DNA of 32,000 bases. Source: Candidatus Iainarchaeum sp. (GTDB lineage Archaea; Iainarchaeota; Iainarchaeia; Iainarchaeales; JAZDEL01). A model generated the notes under the pieces. The model saw only the letters and a list, made by a program, of their open reading frames with translations. It was not told the origin of the DNA and made no database searches. The stretch covers positions 6,483 through 38,482 of the forward strand of contig JAZDEL010000005.1 in NCBI GenBank assembly GCA_043808785.1, given 5' to 3'. This document shows positions 15,881 through 23,760 of this stretch, in pieces (the first letter of the stretch is position 1; every line of letters begins with the position of its first letter). The position numbers and the translations under genes are program-made.

Positions 15881-16519
15881 ATGAACCGCAAATTCGGGGC
15901 ATTGCTTTTTGCTTTTTCCGCACTGCTTATCCTCGGCTATGCTTCCGCGCTTTTGGGGAATTACTCGGTTGTTGTTGAGGAGAACGGCAACGCAGCGGTT
16001 GTGCTTTCTGTCGAGGGCTCGGGAACCGTTGATGTGCCTTTGCCGCTCGATACCGAGAATTATGCAATCGATGGGGCGCTTTACGTGCCCTCCGCAAACG
16101 GAGTCGAACTTTCCATAGATGAGGGAACGCCGGCAACGCTTATATACGACAGCGCACTGCTTACCTCCAAAAGTGCTGAAGGCTGGGCATTTGAACTTGA
16201 TTTGGGAGCCTTTGATTCCGGAAGCGTAACCCTCTTCCTGCCAAAGGACACGAGGGTAGCGTCAATGCAGCCAATGGGCTCTGTTTCCGACAGCGATGAC
16301 GCGAAGATTATAGCGTACACGATAATGAAGGGCACTGCAAGCGTCGGGGCGAACTACTCTTTTGTTTCCGCGGGCGGCGGCACCGAAGGGGGGGAAAGCG
16401 GCAAGGAAGGGCGGAGTGCGGACGGCGCGCTTATAATGGGCGCCGCAATAGCGATAGTTGTTGTGCTTGTTGTTGCGGTCATTGTGTTCATCTACCTGTC
16501 CTCTAAAAAAAAAGTTTAA
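15881..16519 (+). CDS. Type-I membrane protein: signal peptide, beta-rich extracytoplasmic domain, C-terminal TM helix
   Basis: The N-terminus reads FGALLFAFSALLILGYASA and the C-terminus GALIMGAAIAIVVVLVVAVIVFIYL followed by SSKKKV-stop. actatacatta lies about 25 nt upstream of the ATG. The gene ends inside or just after an A9 run. Confidence 0.65.
   Translation: MNRKFGALLFAFSALLILGYASALLGNYSVVVEENGNAAVVLSVEGSGTVDVPLPLDTENYAIDGALYVPSANGVELSIDEGTPATLIYDSALLTSKSAEGWAFELDLGAFDSGSVTLFLPKDTRVASMQPMGSVSDSDDAKIIAYTIMKGTASVGANYSFVSAGGGTEGGESGKEGRSADGALIMGAAIAIVVVLVVAVIVFIYLSSKKKV
16505..16513 (+). other. A9 homopolymer (A AAA AAA slippery context) at the junction of the membrane-protein ORF and the wHTH ORF
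   Basis: The sequence is tct aaa aaa aaa gtt taa. The -1 frame is open from 16507 through ATG 16582 to 16797 (KKSLTESIRLPNLRAGGFSKGQENL-MKALSENERK). Confidence 0.7.
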
Positions 16520-16581
16520 CTGAATCAATAAGGCTGCCCAATCTGCGGGCGGGCGGTTTCTCAAAAGGGCAGGAAAACCTG

Positions 16582-16797
16582 ATGAAGGCGCTTTCTGAGA
16601 ACGAGCGCAAAGTTATTTCGCTGCTTGCCTCGGCAGGCGGGGAAATGAAACGCAACATCCTTGAGAGGAAGAGCGGGCTTGCGAAGAGCTCCCTCGCCTC
16701 GTGCCTGAACATGCTTGAGAGGAAGAACGTTGTTATTATAGACAAGACAAGCACGACGCATTTCATACGCTTCACGGACTGGTTTAAGGAACTGTGA
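16582..16797 (+). CDS. Small winged-helix (MarR/TrmB-like) DNA-binding protein; possibly the cytoplasmic domain of the upstream membrane protein
   Basis: LSENERKVISLLASAGGEMKRNILERKSGLAKSSLASCLNMLERKNVVII follows a typical wHTH pattern. Confidence 0.7.
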   Translation: MKALSENERKVISLLASAGGEMKRNILERKSGLAKSSLASCLNMLERKNVVIIDKTSTTHFIRFTDWFKEL

Positions 16798-16801
16798 TGC
16801 A

Positions 16802-17296
16802 ATGACGCGCGAAAAAACAAAAAAAACCGTGCGCGGTTCGGTGCAGGGTTTGCGCACAGGCAAGCTGGCTAAAACAAAAACCAAACTCGGCGTTATGTGC
16901 ATAGTTTTTGCCGAGCCCGTGGCTGGAGGCGAACGGCAGTTCCTCCTCCTGCATCGCGTTCTCAACTGGAGCGGCTGGGAGTTCGTGAAGGGCGGAATCG
17001 ACAAGGGTGAAACCGCTGCGGAAGCGGGAAAGCGCGAGATAAAGGAGGAGGCGGGGCTGGGGAAGGCTGAGTTTGTGAAGGCACTCGAAGGGAAGCATGA
17101 GTGGGATGCGAAGGGCGTGCATTACGATTATTCAGTCCTCATCTTTCGTGCGGATGCGGATGAGAAGGTCAGGCTGCAGATAAAGCCAGTGAAAGAGCAC
17201 GATAAGTTCGGGTGGGTTCATCCAAAAGACGCAATGGCAATGCTTAAATACGAGAACGCCAGAATTGTTTTTGCAAAGGCGCTGGAGAAAATGTGA
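16802..17296 (+). CDS. NUDIX hydrolase
   Basis: GGIDKGETAAEAGKREIKEEAGL fits the Nudix box G-x5-E-x7-REUxEExGU exactly. ATG 16895 (MCIVFAEP) is a possible alternative start. Confidence 0.85.
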   Translation: MTREKTKKTVRGSVQGLRTGKLAKTKTKLGVMCIVFAEPVAGGERQFLLLHRVLNWSGWEFVKGGIDKGETAAEAGKREIKEEAGLGKAEFVKALEGKHEWDAKGVHYDYSVLIFRADADEKVRLQIKPVKEHDKFGWVHPKDAMAMLKYENARIVFAKALEKM

Positions 17297-17297
17297 A

Positions 17298-17747
17298 ATG
17301 CCCCGCAAACCGAAGTATTTGAGACCCAAGATAATTACATACGAACTGGGAAAGGGGCCTATTGATGAACGCACCAAAGCGGTTACTCTTGCGGAGAAAT
17401 TAGACCCTAATCGCGGCAATGAAATGACAACCATGGAAAAAGTGCTAAGAGAGCACAACAAGCGCTGGGGGCGTAAGCCTCTTGGGCAACTGCCTTTAAA
17501 AAAAGAACTGGCAATGTTCCTCAAAATACTGAACGCGGAACGCGGGTATGCAAGGAGCGCCCTCTCGCTCAAGAGATGGGCAAAATTACCTGCAGAAATC
17601 CGGGAATATCTTGAGATGAATAGATACATAATCAGGCTAAAAAAAGGGAACACGCAATATGTAGCGCTCAGCCGCGCGGGAATCCAAAGGTTTGCGGAAA
17701 TTGCAGACGCGTTTGAGCCAATTGAAAACGCCGCACAGGCGAAATAG
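17298..17747 (+). CDS. Hypothetical basic protein (possible DNA-binding), lower GC
   Basis: MPRKPKYLRPK starts 1 nt after the NUDIX stop. The protein is K/R-rich, with a C-terminal helix-rich segment LSLKRWAKLPAEIREYLEMNRYIIRLKKGNTQYVALSRAG. No family was recognised. Confidence 0.5.
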   Translation: MPRKPKYLRPKIITYELGKGPIDERTKAVTLAEKLDPNRGNEMTTMEKVLREHNKRWGRKPLGQLPLKKELAMFLKILNAERGYARSALSLKRWAKLPAEIREYLEMNRYIIRLKKGNTQYVALSRAGIQRFAEIADAFEPIENAAQAK

Positions 17748-17806
17748 GGGGCGAATGCCGCACATGGCGCGCGATAGGCGGCATTTTCCCGAAAATTTAA
17801 TGGTGC

Positions 17807-18136
17807 ATGACTATGCCTAAAGCCGACAATAAAAGATTGAAAAAGATAATCAGGCTTGCTAGACTTTACGACCGCAAAACCAAAACCCACAAACACACCT
17901 ACAAGGAAATCGCGAGTAGGCGGGAGGTAAGTGTGGCAAGGGTGCATGATATTTTGAAAAAATCAGGGATAAAGAGGAGGCCCGATTATTTGGAACTTAG
18001 CGGCGGCTACAGGCTCCCAATATACACTCTTGAAGATATTGAGAAAAAAATAGCCCGAAAAAAATATTTGGCGGGGGAGCGGAACCGCAGAAGAAGAAAA
18101 CCTGCAGGATTCGGCAAGATAAGGAGATTGCGATGA
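17807..18136 (+). CDS. Small HTH protein with a very basic C-terminal tail
   Basis: TYKEIASRREVSVARVHDILKKSG looks like a helix-turn-helix. The tail reads ERNRRRRKPAGFGKIRRLR. The stop overlaps the acyP start (ATGA 18133-18136). Confidence 0.5.
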   Translation: MTMPKADNKRLKKIIRLARLYDRKTKTHKHTYKEIASRREVSVARVHDILKKSGIKRRPDYLELSGGYRLPIYTLEDIEKKIARKKYLAGERNRRRRKPAGFGKIRRLR

Positions 18137-18408
18137 ACAAAAAACTGCACGCCTTTGTTTCCGGCAGGGTTCAGGGCGTGTTCTTCCGCGCGCATGCGAA
18201 AAGGCAGGCTGAGGCGCTCGGCATTTCGGGATGGGTGCGCAACCTGCAGGACGGCAGGGTGGAGGTTTTGGCAGAGGGCGCTGAGGAAAAACTGCGCGAG
18301 TTCGAGAAATGGCTGCGCTCGGGGCCCGATTCAGCGGAAGTTGAGCGCCTTGAAGCGAAATGGGAAACTGCAAAAGGCGGTTTTTCGGGTTTTGAAGTCA
18401 GGCATTAG
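18133..18408 (+). CDS. acyP: Acylphosphatase
   Basis: VSGRVQGVFFRAHAKRQAEALGISGWVRNLQDGRVEVLAEG carries the acylphosphatase signature (V-x-G-x-VQGV-x-FR and GWVRN). The length is 91 aa. Confidence 0.9.
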   Translation: MNKKLHAFVSGRVQGVFFRAHAKRQAEALGISGWVRNLQDGRVEVLAEGAEEKLREFEKWLRSGPDSAEVERLEAKWETAKGGFSGFEVRH

Positions 18409-18441
18409 CGCGCGGCGCGTTCAAGGCACAGGATTGCGCAA

Positions 18442-18909
18442 TCACGCCTGCTTCTGCACGGTAAGCGTTATCTCGGCACCGCCGAGCAGGCCCGAACCCG
18501 AGGAAGCGGAAACCTTTATCGTGTAATTCCCGCTCAGCACCGTCTGGCTCACCGGGTTCACTAAAAACTTTATCTCGCGGCTCTCCCCCGCGCCGAGCAC
18601 GGAAATCGTGTTCACTGTCTGCGATATCTGTATCGCGGACTTGTCCACAGCCTCCGCGGAAACAATAACGTTGTTCAGCACGCCGCCGGTTACGTTCGTC
18701 ATCTTCACATGCAGCCAGACGGTTTCCCCGCTTGTTATGGGCGTCTTGTCGAACCAAAGCTCCAATGGTTTGGGGGCAAAGAACTGCGCAACTGCAAAGA
18801 GCGCAACCGCAGCGATGACAACTATCACAACCGCGCCGAGAAGGATGACAAACCAGTCCCTGCCCCCGCCGAGCAGGTTTGCGCCAATTCCGCGGTCGTA
18901 TATGCCCAT
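18442..18909 (-). CDS. N-terminally anchored membrane protein with an Ig-like/CARDB-like beta domain
   Basis: The TM segment is WFVILLGAVVIVVIAAVALFAVAQFF. A beta-rich domain follows (LHVKMTNVTGGVLNNVIVSAEAVD and GNYTIKVSASS). Confidence 0.55.
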   Translation of the reverse strand: MGIYDRGIGANLLGGGRDWFVILLGAVVIVVIAAVALFAVAQFFAPKPLELWFDKTPITSGETVWLHVKMTNVTGGVLNNVIVSAEAVDKSAIQISQTVNTISVLGAGESREIKFLVNPVSQTVLSGNYTIKVSASSGSGLLGGAEITLTVQKQA

Positions 18910-18952
18910 GTGAAAAACCCCATAGAATACACGCAGAAGTGGTTAATTAAAC

Positions 18953-19255
18953 TTATGGAAGGGTAAATAGTTTGTCGTCCCCTTTCCCGTCAAGCCAGCC
19001 CGCCCTTACCCCCGCGTCAAGCCATGCGTGGGAGTAGGAGTAAGCCGCAAGCGCGGTCGGAAGGTCGCCTTTTTCCTCGAAATGCCGCGCATCCGAGAAA
19101 TAATTGCGCGCCATCGAGAGGAAATCCTCCGCCTTTTTTCGTTCCGCAGGGGTTATGCCCTGCAGGATGGAAGCCTTGCCAAGTGCTTCCTCAGTTAATT
19201 TGCGGTAGTGCTTAACCTTTTCCGCGAGTGCAATTTCATTTTTTGTTCCAACCAT
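18953..19255 (-). CDS. DUF357-family small archaeal protein
   Basis: DFLSMARNYFSDARHFEEKGDLPTALAAYSYSHAWLDAGVRAGWL matches my recollection of the DUF357 consensus (GD-x3-A-x5-Y-x-HGWLDAG). It overlaps the dph5 3' end by 20 nt. Confidence 0.6.
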   Translation of the reverse strand: MVGTKNEIALAEKVKHYRKLTEEALGKASILQGITPAERKKAEDFLSMARNYFSDARHFEEKGDLPTALAAYSYSHAWLDAGVRAGWLDGKGDDKLFTLP

Positions 19256-20021
19256 AAAAAACCCCCAAAGCCTCTGTTTCTTTCTCGTTAAGTTTCGCGC
19301 AGACTATAAGCGCAGCAGGGACTCCGAAATCAAATTCCGAAAGTTCCTGCGCGCTTCCCGCGCGGATTTTTTCGTTCTCGGAGCCTGCACAGGAGATTCC
19401 GATGAAAGTGCAGCCGCGCATAAGGGCGCTCTTACGCTTTTTCGCTATCGCGGCAAGGATTGAAATCGCCTCCCTTACCCCCATGCAATCGTGAATCATC
19501 CTGCCGTGCTGCCACTCGGATTTTATGTCGAGAAGGCAGAGCGTGTGCATGCCTGCTGAGCGGTTCTTTTCAATCGCCGTGAAGAAGGAATCGGGCGCAT
19601 ACCCCTTCTCAGGCCTCACAATTGTGACAGTGCGCCCGAACCTGTATTCGTCAATGCCTGTTTTCCCGAGGAATGAGAATGTGGAGATTCCTGGAATGAC
19701 CTCGCAGCGAACCCCCGCCTTTTTCGCGTCGATAAGCAGCTGAATGTGCGTTGTTGCGGAGAGCGGGTTGCCGAAAACGCAGAGCGCAACCGTGTTGCTC
19801 CTGGCGGTGTTGATGATGTCGGAAATGCCCCCGCCCTCAAGCTGTTCCCTGCCTAACTGGACAACGCTTCTGCCGAGGATTTTCTCAAGTTCCTGCACGG
19901 AACCCTCGGCATAAACAGAGGTGTAAGAGTCAATGAAAACATTGCCGCACCGCTTCAGCGCCTCTATCGCCTCAAGGCTTATGTGCTGCGGCTTAAGGCC
20001 TATTCCCACGATGTAAAGCAT
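19236..20021 (-). CDS. dph5: Diphthine synthase (tetrapyrrole-methylase fold)
   Basis: MLYIVGIGLKPQHISLEAIEALKRCGNVFIDSYTS and VFGNPLSATTHIQLLIDAKKAGVRCEVIPGIS are typical of Dph5/DphB. The tracked start at 20072 adds 17 non-conserved residues. Confidence 0.9.
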   Translation of the reverse strand: MLYIVGIGLKPQHISLEAIEALKRCGNVFIDSYTSVYAEGSVQELEKILGRSVVQLGREQLEGGGISDIINTARSNTVALCVFGNPLSATTHIQLLIDAKKAGVRCEVIPGISTFSFLGKTGIDEYRFGRTVTIVRPEKGYAPDSFFTAIEKNRSAGMHTLCLLDIKSEWQHGRMIHDCMGVREAISILAAIAKKRKSALMRGCTFIGISCAGSENEKIRAGSAQELSEFDFGVPAALIVCAKLNEKETEALGVFYGWNKK

Positions 20022-20103
20022 TTTTTTTGCCCCCTGCCAAAATAACCCAGCGGCAGAAACAATTAAATGCATAACCCGCGTAATTGGTTAAGGAGGCGAT
20101 AAT

Positions 20104-20871
20104 TTGATTTTTGGAAAAATGCCTTTGCTTGCTTTCTGCGCACTTGCGGCGTTTATGCTCGTGCTCTCGATGGGCGCGGTTGCCGTGGGTACGGAAAAGG
20201 GAAACGGGCCGGAGGCAAAAGAGAAGATAGTCCTCATACACTACAAGAAAGGGTTCGGCAAGCCCCCGGGGACAGGCGGGGGCAAGGACAAGGGCGGAAC
20301 CAAGTGCTACAATTTCATTGCAAACGGCGCGAAGTGGAAAAGCACGCCAGTGGATTACGTGATTGACCCCGACAACCAGGACGGGCTGCCTGACTGGTTT
20401 GTTGCCGGCGCGATACAGCAGGGGGCGGAAACATGGGATGCAAACACGTCGAAGGAGCTCTTCGGAACATACACATTCGACTACTATTCCAGCTGGGACG
20501 GCGACAGCGGCGATGCTCCCGACGGCAGGAACGAACTGCTGTTCGGAAACTACTGGGAGCCGGGGGTTATTGCAATAACCGTCATCTGGGGTTATTTCTC
20601 AGGGCCCCCAAACAAGCGCGAGATAACCGAGTTCGACGTGCTCTTTGACACCGACTACACATGGGGCGATGCGGATTACAACGGGGTGTCGGCAATGGAC
20701 CTGCAGAACATAGCAACGCACGAAATAGGCCACGGCATAGGCCTAGGCGACCTCTATGACACCACATGCATGGAAGAGACAATGTACGGCTACTCGGATT
20801 ACGGGGAAACAAAGAAGAGAACCCTGAATTCGGGGGACATAACGGGTTTGCAGCAGCTGTATGGGGCATAA
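20104..20871 (+). CDS. Secreted zinc metalloprotease, metzincin type (matrixin/snapalysin-like)
   Basis: The signal peptide is LLAFCALAAFMLVLSMGAVAVG. HEIGHGIGLGD (20719-20751) is HExxHxxGxxD, and a Met-turn candidate EETMYGY follows. TAAGGAGG at 20088-20095 is 8 nt upstream of TTG 20104; ATG 20119 is the alternative start. Confidence 0.75.
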   Translation: MIFGKMPLLAFCALAAFMLVLSMGAVAVGTEKGNGPEAKEKIVLIHYKKGFGKPPGTGGGKDKGGTKCYNFIANGAKWKSTPVDYVIDPDNQDGLPDWFVAGAIQQGAETWDANTSKELFGTYTFDYYSSWDGDSGDAPDGRNELLFGNYWEPGVIAITVIWGYFSGPPNKREITEFDVLFDTDYTWGDADYNGVSAMDLQNIATHEIGHGIGLGDLYDTTCMEETMYGYSDYGETKKRTLNSGDITGLQQLYGA

Positions 20872-20907
20872 TTCGGCATTGCCTGGCAGGGCATAATTAA
20901 GCCAAAA

Positions 20908-20982
20908 GCACGGGGGAATGCACGCGGGGCAATTGCGCCCTGCGCAACCCAAAAACGCGGGGCGCAATCCGCGCCCCCGTGC
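20908..20982 (+). terminator. 75-nt extended imperfect hairpin followed by a T-rich tract (terminator or small structured RNA)
   Basis: Pairings read by hand: 20908-16 with 20974-82 (9 bp), 20923-27 with 20969-73 (5 bp), and 20932-44 with 20956-68 (13 bp including one G-U). The loop is 20945-55. It is followed by cccttttt cttcttttcgttctt. Confidence 0.5.
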
Positions 20983-21015
20983 CCTTTTTCTTCTTTTCGT
21001 TCTTACATATCACGC

Positions 21016-21684
21016 ATGAAGCCAATGCTCAGGAAGTCGGAATTCGCGGCTTTCGCCATAGTCGTGCTTTCATTCGCTATTGCCGTTTATTTCTACCAGA
21101 GCCCGCTTATGCCCGATGTCATGCCATCGCACTGGAATGCTGCGGGGCAGGTTGACGGCTACATGGACAAGTTTTGGGGCATTTTCCTGATGCCGATAAT
21201 TTCTGCGGTTATGTTTGCGCTTTTCCTGGCGATACCGAGAATTGAACCGCTCAGGGAGAACCTCGAAAAATTCAGGAGAGAGTTCGGCATATTCGTGATA
21301 ATAATAATGGCTTTCATGGTTTACATATACCTCCTGACAATCCTGTGGGCGCTGGGGAAGAAGTTCAATATGGTACAATTCCTGATGCCCGCGCTTGCCG
21401 TGCTCCTCTATTATGCGGGCGTCCTGCTCAAGAAGGCGAAAAGAAACTGGTTCGTAGGCATACGCACGCCCTGGACATTGAGCAGCGACAGGGTCTGGGA
21501 CAAGACGCACAAGAGGGGAGGGGCGATGTTTAAGGTTGTTGCGCTGTTCACGGCTTTCGGCATTTTCATGCCCGAGTATGCGATATGGCTCCTGCTTGTG
21601 CCTGTCCTTGCCGTAGCCGTTTACCTTGCGGCATACTCCTATCTCGAATACAAAAAGGAAACAGGCAAAGGGAAGAAGAAATAA
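21016..21684 (+). CDS. SdpI/YhfL-family membrane protein with an N-terminal DUF1648 region
   Basis: MPSHWNAAGQVDGYMDKFWG is DUF1648-like. RNWFVGIRTPWTLSSDRVWDKTHK is the SdpI-family signature. There are multiple TM helices. Confidence 0.8.
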   Translation: MKPMLRKSEFAAFAIVVLSFAIAVYFYQSPLMPDVMPSHWNAAGQVDGYMDKFWGIFLMPIISAVMFALFLAIPRIEPLRENLEKFRREFGIFVIIIMAFMVYIYLLTILWALGKKFNMVQFLMPALAVLLYYAGVLLKKAKRNWFVGIRTPWTLSSDRVWDKTHKRGGAMFKVVALFTAFGIFMPEYAIWLLLVPVLAVAVYLAAYSYLEYKKETGKGKKK

Positions 21685-21694
21685 GGCAAGAAAT

Positions 21695-21738
21695 AAAACC
21701 AAAACCAACGCGCCGGTTGGTTCGCATTTTTTGGTTTT
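21695..21738. terminator. Bidirectional terminator-like hairpin between convergent genes
   Basis: A 7-bp stem AACCAAC/GTTGGTT (21703-09 with 21716-22, loop gcgccg) is flanked by an A-rich run (21691-21704) and a T-rich run (21727-21739). aaaaccaaaa (21695-704) is complementary to ttttggtttt (21729-738). Confidence 0.5.
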
Positions 21739-21762
21739 TAGTTTTCATGTCCATTTTTATTT

Positions 21763-22611
21763 TCAGAGGCACGTCCCCACGGCAACAGTGAACAAATCCC
21801 TCAGCCCCGGTGCGAAGCCCGCAATTGCAATGAAAACCTTTGCAAAGCCGCGCATATTCGGGTTTTCGGTTTCCTTATCCACGAAATAAATAAGCAGCAG
21901 CGCAAGCGCGACTTTCACAAGCGGGAAAAGCAGCGGGTGCACGCCCAGCAGGAAGCCTGAGGTGAAATGCTGCTCGCCGCACCTGTAGCCGATGCCAAGC
22001 GCGGAGGATGTCGCGACAACTGTTGCGCAGCCGTCGAGCGCCTGCCCCGCGAGCGCGAAAATGCCGAGCTTTTCCGCAAACAGGGGAGAGGCAAAAAGCT
22101 TTGCTGCGAAGTATGCCGCTGCAGTGAGCGCGGATGCCGCAGCAAGAATCGCGAGAAAACCCGCCAATTCGGTGAATTGCAGCATGTCGAACACGAGGAA
22201 GGGCAGGCACAAGCCAAGCCCGATTCCGCCAAATACCGATTCAAATTCCAGTTTCTTCGCATTTGCAATTTTCCGCGCAATAAGCAGGCAGGCAATCGTA
22301 ACCAGGCCGATTAATATCCATACCCCCGGGCTTATTGTGTAATACCATACCTCCCACGGGAAGGGCGAGCGGGGAAGGATGTGCAAATCCTCGAGAATGC
22401 GGAACGTGATGCCGAGCATGATGTACGGCATCAGCGCAAGCATAAAGCGCGCGTTGAATTTCACGCCCCTTCTGTCAAGCGCGGGAAAAATAACCAGGAA
22501 CGCCAAGCCTATGAGTATCGCTGCATACACAAGCGTGTTCACTATGTTGTAGCCGGAGTACTGCACAATCGGGTCCACAAAGAATTCCCGCAGGAACGAA
22601 AAAACACCCAT
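21763..22611 (-). CDS. Polytopic archaeal membrane protein (DUF63-like)
   Basis: About 7 TM helices. The N-terminus FFVDPIVQYSGYNIVNTLVYAAIL, then LDGCATVV, GEQHF and GFAPGLRD, resemble DUF63 conserved blocks. The family assignment is from memory only. Confidence 0.5.
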   Translation of the reverse strand: MGVFSFLREFFVDPIVQYSGYNIVNTLVYAAILIGLAFLVIFPALDRRGVKFNARFMLALMPYIMLGITFRILEDLHILPRSPFPWEVWYYTISPGVWILIGLVTIACLLIARKIANAKKLEFESVFGGIGLGLCLPFLVFDMLQFTELAGFLAILAAASALTAAAYFAAKLFASPLFAEKLGIFALAGQALDGCATVVATSSALGIGYRCGEQHFTSGFLLGVHPLLFPLVKVALALLLIYFVDKETENPNMRGFAKVFIAIAGFAPGLRDLFTVAVGTCL

Positions 22612-22651
22612 GTGAAGTTATTTATAGCAGGTCGGTTATTTAATTATTCGT

Positions 22652-23722
22652 ATGAAGTGCACAGGAATAAAGGTTCCGAAAAAGGATGCCCAGCATATGC
22701 ATAACTATCTCTCCGCACAGGGCCTCCTGCAGAGGGGTTGCGCGCCGGTGCGCATGAGTAAGCATGTGATTTTCCCGCTTGTGAGTAAGCCAAACACGGC
22801 ACAGCGGAGGGAATTGGGAAAAATGCTCCGCGGCATGAAAAAGTTCGCGCTTGCAAAACATGAATTCGCTTCCCGAAATGAAAAGCCCCGCTCCCTGAAG
22901 GAGGCGCTGCAGGGCAGGCTGAAAAAGGCGGAACTTGGGGCATTAAGCCGCGCGTTCGACGCCCTGGGAAATATCGCAGTAATCGAAGTCCCGAAAGGGC
23001 TTGTGAAAAAAGAAACGCAAGTCGCGCAGGCGCTCATGCTTGTGAACCCGCAGGTAAAGACTGTGCTGAAAAAAACAACCGCGCGCAGGGGCGAGTTCAG
23101 GGTTCAGGGCCTGAAGGTTATCGGCGGCGAAAAAAACTTTCGCGCGAATTATGCGGAACACGGGTGTAAATTCGTTGTGGATTTGGATAAGGTTTTCTTT
23201 ACGCCCCGCCTCGGCACGGAGAGGGGAAGGATAGCGAAACTGATCAAACCCGGCGAAACGGTCTCGGTTCTTTTCGCGGGCGCCGGGCCGTATGCAATCG
23301 TTTTCGCGAAGCATGCGAAACCCGAGAAGGTTTTCGCTGTCGAACTTAACCCGCACGCTGTGGAGAACATGAAGGATAACATCAGGCTGAACCATGTGCA
23401 GAACCTTGTTGTGCCTATTGAGGGGGATGTGAGGAAAATCGCGCCTGTGCTCCTTCGCTGCACCTCGGACCGCGTAGTTATGCCGCTCCCGAAAAACGCC
23501 GGGGATTTTCTAGGGGAGGCGCTGGAATGCCTGAAGAAGAAGGGGGGCGTTGTGCATTTCTACCACTTCGGGGAAGCGAAAGAGCCGTTTGCCGAGGCTG
23601 TTGCGCTCGTGAAAAAGGCGTGCAGGGGCGCAGGGAGAAAGTGCAGGATACTGCGCAAGGCGAAATGCCGCTCTTATTCGCCCGATACCGTGCAGGCTGT
23701 TGTGGATTTTAAGGCGGAATGA
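22652..23722 (+). CDS. trm5: tRNA (guanine37-N1)-methyltransferase Trm5 family (Met-10+ domain)
   Basis: FDALGNIAVIEVP, YAEHGCKFVVDLDKVFFTPRLGTERGRIAKLIKPGETVSVLFAGAGPYAI and VFAVELNPHAVENMKDNIRLN are typical Trm5/Taw2 blocks. ttatttatag lies about 25 nt upstream of the ATG. Confidence 0.85.
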   Translation: MKCTGIKVPKKDAQHMHNYLSAQGLLQRGCAPVRMSKHVIFPLVSKPNTAQRRELGKMLRGMKKFALAKHEFASRNEKPRSLKEALQGRLKKAELGALSRAFDALGNIAVIEVPKGLVKKETQVAQALMLVNPQVKTVLKKTTARRGEFRVQGLKVIGGEKNFRANYAEHGCKFVVDLDKVFFTPRLGTERGRIAKLIKPGETVSVLFAGAGPYAIVFAKHAKPEKVFAVELNPHAVENMKDNIRLNHVQNLVVPIEGDVRKIAPVLLRCTSDRVVMPLPKNAGDFLGEALECLKKKGGVVHFYHFGEAKEPFAEAVALVKKACRGAGRKCRILRKAKCRSYSPDTVQAVVDFKAE

Positions 23723-23760
23723 ACCTGCCACGAACCGCGGTGCAGGCTGTTGTGGATTTT
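23690..23760 (+). repeat. Perfect 21-bp direct repeat duplicating the last codons of trm5 (copies at 23690-23710 and 23740-23760)
   Basis: gtgcaggctgttgtggatttt occurs twice, 50 nt apart. Flanking similarity (cgatacc-g versus cgaaccgcgg) extends the match with indels. The second copy abuts a strongly AT-rich spacer (23761-23863) that precedes vapBC. Confidence 0.8.
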
